IMG/VR virus record: IMGVR_UViG_2695420343_000002
Direction: 5' to 3' (one strand)
DNA: 46,924 nucleotides
Origin: a virus
Lineage: Duplodnaviria; Heunggongvirae; Uroviricota; Caudoviricetes
Shown: positions 46,021 through 46,924 of the stretch, one piece after another
Layout: every line of letters starts with the position of its first letter
Numbering within the stretch: the first letter of the stretch is position 1
Translations under genes and position numbers: made by a program
The notes under the pieces: generated by a model
The model's database searches: none
What the model was told of the DNA's origin: nothing
The model's input: only the letters and a program-made list of their open reading frames with translations

Positions 46021-46194
46021 TCATGCTGCTTTGCGACGACGAAGCTTACCCTGCTGCTCTTTACCAGAGACAGTAGCGTGAGTGAACGCATTAGGAGCAG
46101 CCTTCATCAGAACTTCAACAGCAGCACCCATACCTGCGAATGCTTTCATTGTGTCGAACTTAACCTGTGGCTTGGTTGCTTTTTGATCTTTCAT
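46021..46194 (-). CDS. Small basic protein, 57 aa, hypothetical
   Basis: Copy of 6291-6464. Confidence 0.5.
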   Translation of the reverse strand: MKDQKATKPQVKFDTMKAFAGMGAAVEVLMKAAPNAFTHATVSGKEQQGKLRRRKAA

Positions 46195-46264
46195 AGAAAA
46201 CTCCCGAGACAGTAAAGGCGTCTCTAACCCTTTCTTTAAAGCTAGCTTGTTTCGCTAACTTATG

Positions 46265-46285
46265 CCAATCGATCATGTCGATTGG
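46265..46285. promoter_or_regulatory. Palindrome CCAATCGA-N5-TCGATTGG
   Basis: Copy of 6536-6556. Confidence 0.4.
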
Positions 46286-46390
46286 TGACATCGTTTCTTA
46301 GTAGTTTAAGCACAAAACGACTGCCATAGATGTACCTTTAAGGTAATCTGGACGGGTATCCTACAATTTGTAGACCCTTCTCGTCTATAC

Positions 46391-46924
46391 CTACTGAGCA
46401 AATTTAAGAAAGATATCCTGCAGCTCATCAATGACTGCCGACATCACATAACCGCACTGTTCCATGCGGAAACCAAAAGACTCGTAATACTGCACCAGTT
46501 CTGGTACTGGCTCTACAATGTGGACAACTTTACATTCAACAGCTTTACAAAATATAAAAGCACTCATAAGAGTGAGTAAAACCATGCGCCCTTTCAATGG
46601 GTGAGATTCATCTTCTCTAGAAAACCTTTCGATCATATGGATACGAAAGATGTTTTCTTCAACCCCATAAACACAAATTGCTGCTCCTGATGGTATTCCC
46701 TGAACCCGACCTTGCTGAACAAGTTTTATGCAGAACTCATACTTTTCTCTGGAGTTGCCATAGGTACTTAACGCATAGTCCCATTCAAGCTCACCATAGC
46801 CACCACACAGAATCTTGTAATCATCATCACTGAGCGGACCAACAGCAAGAGGTAAGCCGACATGATCAATAATCAACTGGATATTGTTACGTACTGATTG
46901 ACCTATCTCGTCCAGGGTAAGCAT
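46391..46924 (-). CDS. Putative GNAT-fold N-acetyltransferase, 5' end cut by the window edge
   Basis: Copy of 6661-7197 lacking only the first codon. Confidence 0.5.
   Translation of the reverse strand: MLTLDEIGQSVRNNIQLIIDHVGLPLAVGPLSDDDYKILCGGYGELEWDYALSTYGNSREKYEFCIKLVQQGRVQGIPSGAAICVYGVEENIFRIHMIERFSREDESHPLKGRMVLLTLMSAFIFCKAVECKVVHIVEPVPELVQYYESFGFRMEQCGYVMSAVIDELQDIFLKFAQ

Larger units (their letters stand above)
39715..46924. repeat. Copy B of the 7.2-kb direct terminal repeat (matches 1-7197)
   Basis: See copy A; this copy has the intact reading frames. Confidence 0.9.

Overview
The window reads as one temperate-phage genome of about 39.7 kb written roughly 1.18 times: bases 1-7197 recur at 39715-46924 as a direct repeat. 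The two copies differ only by scattered single-base length changes, mostly in homopolymer runs, and several of these break reading frames in the first copy. I saw no host genes, rRNA, tRNA or CRISPR array. All functional calls are motif recognition by eye on the supplied translations; no database search, GC calculation or folding was run.

The backbone is a mosaic that resembles the SfV / KplE1 (CPS-53) / e14 group of enterobacterial prophages:
- Immunity region: CI-type repressor (HTH plus S24 peptidase), Cro-like and CII/YdaT-like genes, with repeated TGTAGGATAWCCAACA operator-like sites.
- Replication and recombination: an O-like initiator with internal iteron-like repeats, a PerC/YfdN-like protein, Dam methylase, RusA, KilA-N and DUF968 proteins.
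- Late control and lysis: a Q-like antiterminator followed by a promoter/terminator unit, two holin-like proteins, a GH19-type endolysin and Rz/Rz1.
- Head: HNH endonuclease, TerS, TerL, portal, protease and HK97-type major capsid.
- Tail: Mu-like contractile tail (sheath, tube, frameshifted chaperone, tape measure, N/P/V/W/J-like baseplate) ending in a Pin/Gin-type invertible tail-fibre segment whose invertase is frame-broken.
- Leftward early genes: YfdP/Q/R/S-like proteins, a zinc-finger protein, a DEDDh exonuclease and a TorI/PrtN-like excisionase, leading to a tyrosine integrase.

Four pieces of candidate accessory cargo are not explained by that backbone, and these are the best candidates for an undescribed system:
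1. A LexA-box-controlled dinI-like gene plus a zinc-ribbon/DUF4145-like gene between int and the invertase (8640-9985).
2. An AT-rich PH-like-domain gene inserted between the tape-measure and DNA-circulation genes (17896-18354).
3. A protein consisting only of a LexA DNA-binding domain among the recombination genes (36815-37141).
4. A GNAT-like gene with a small basic ORF and a palindromic site between the excisionase and int (6244-7197, repeated at 45973-46924).
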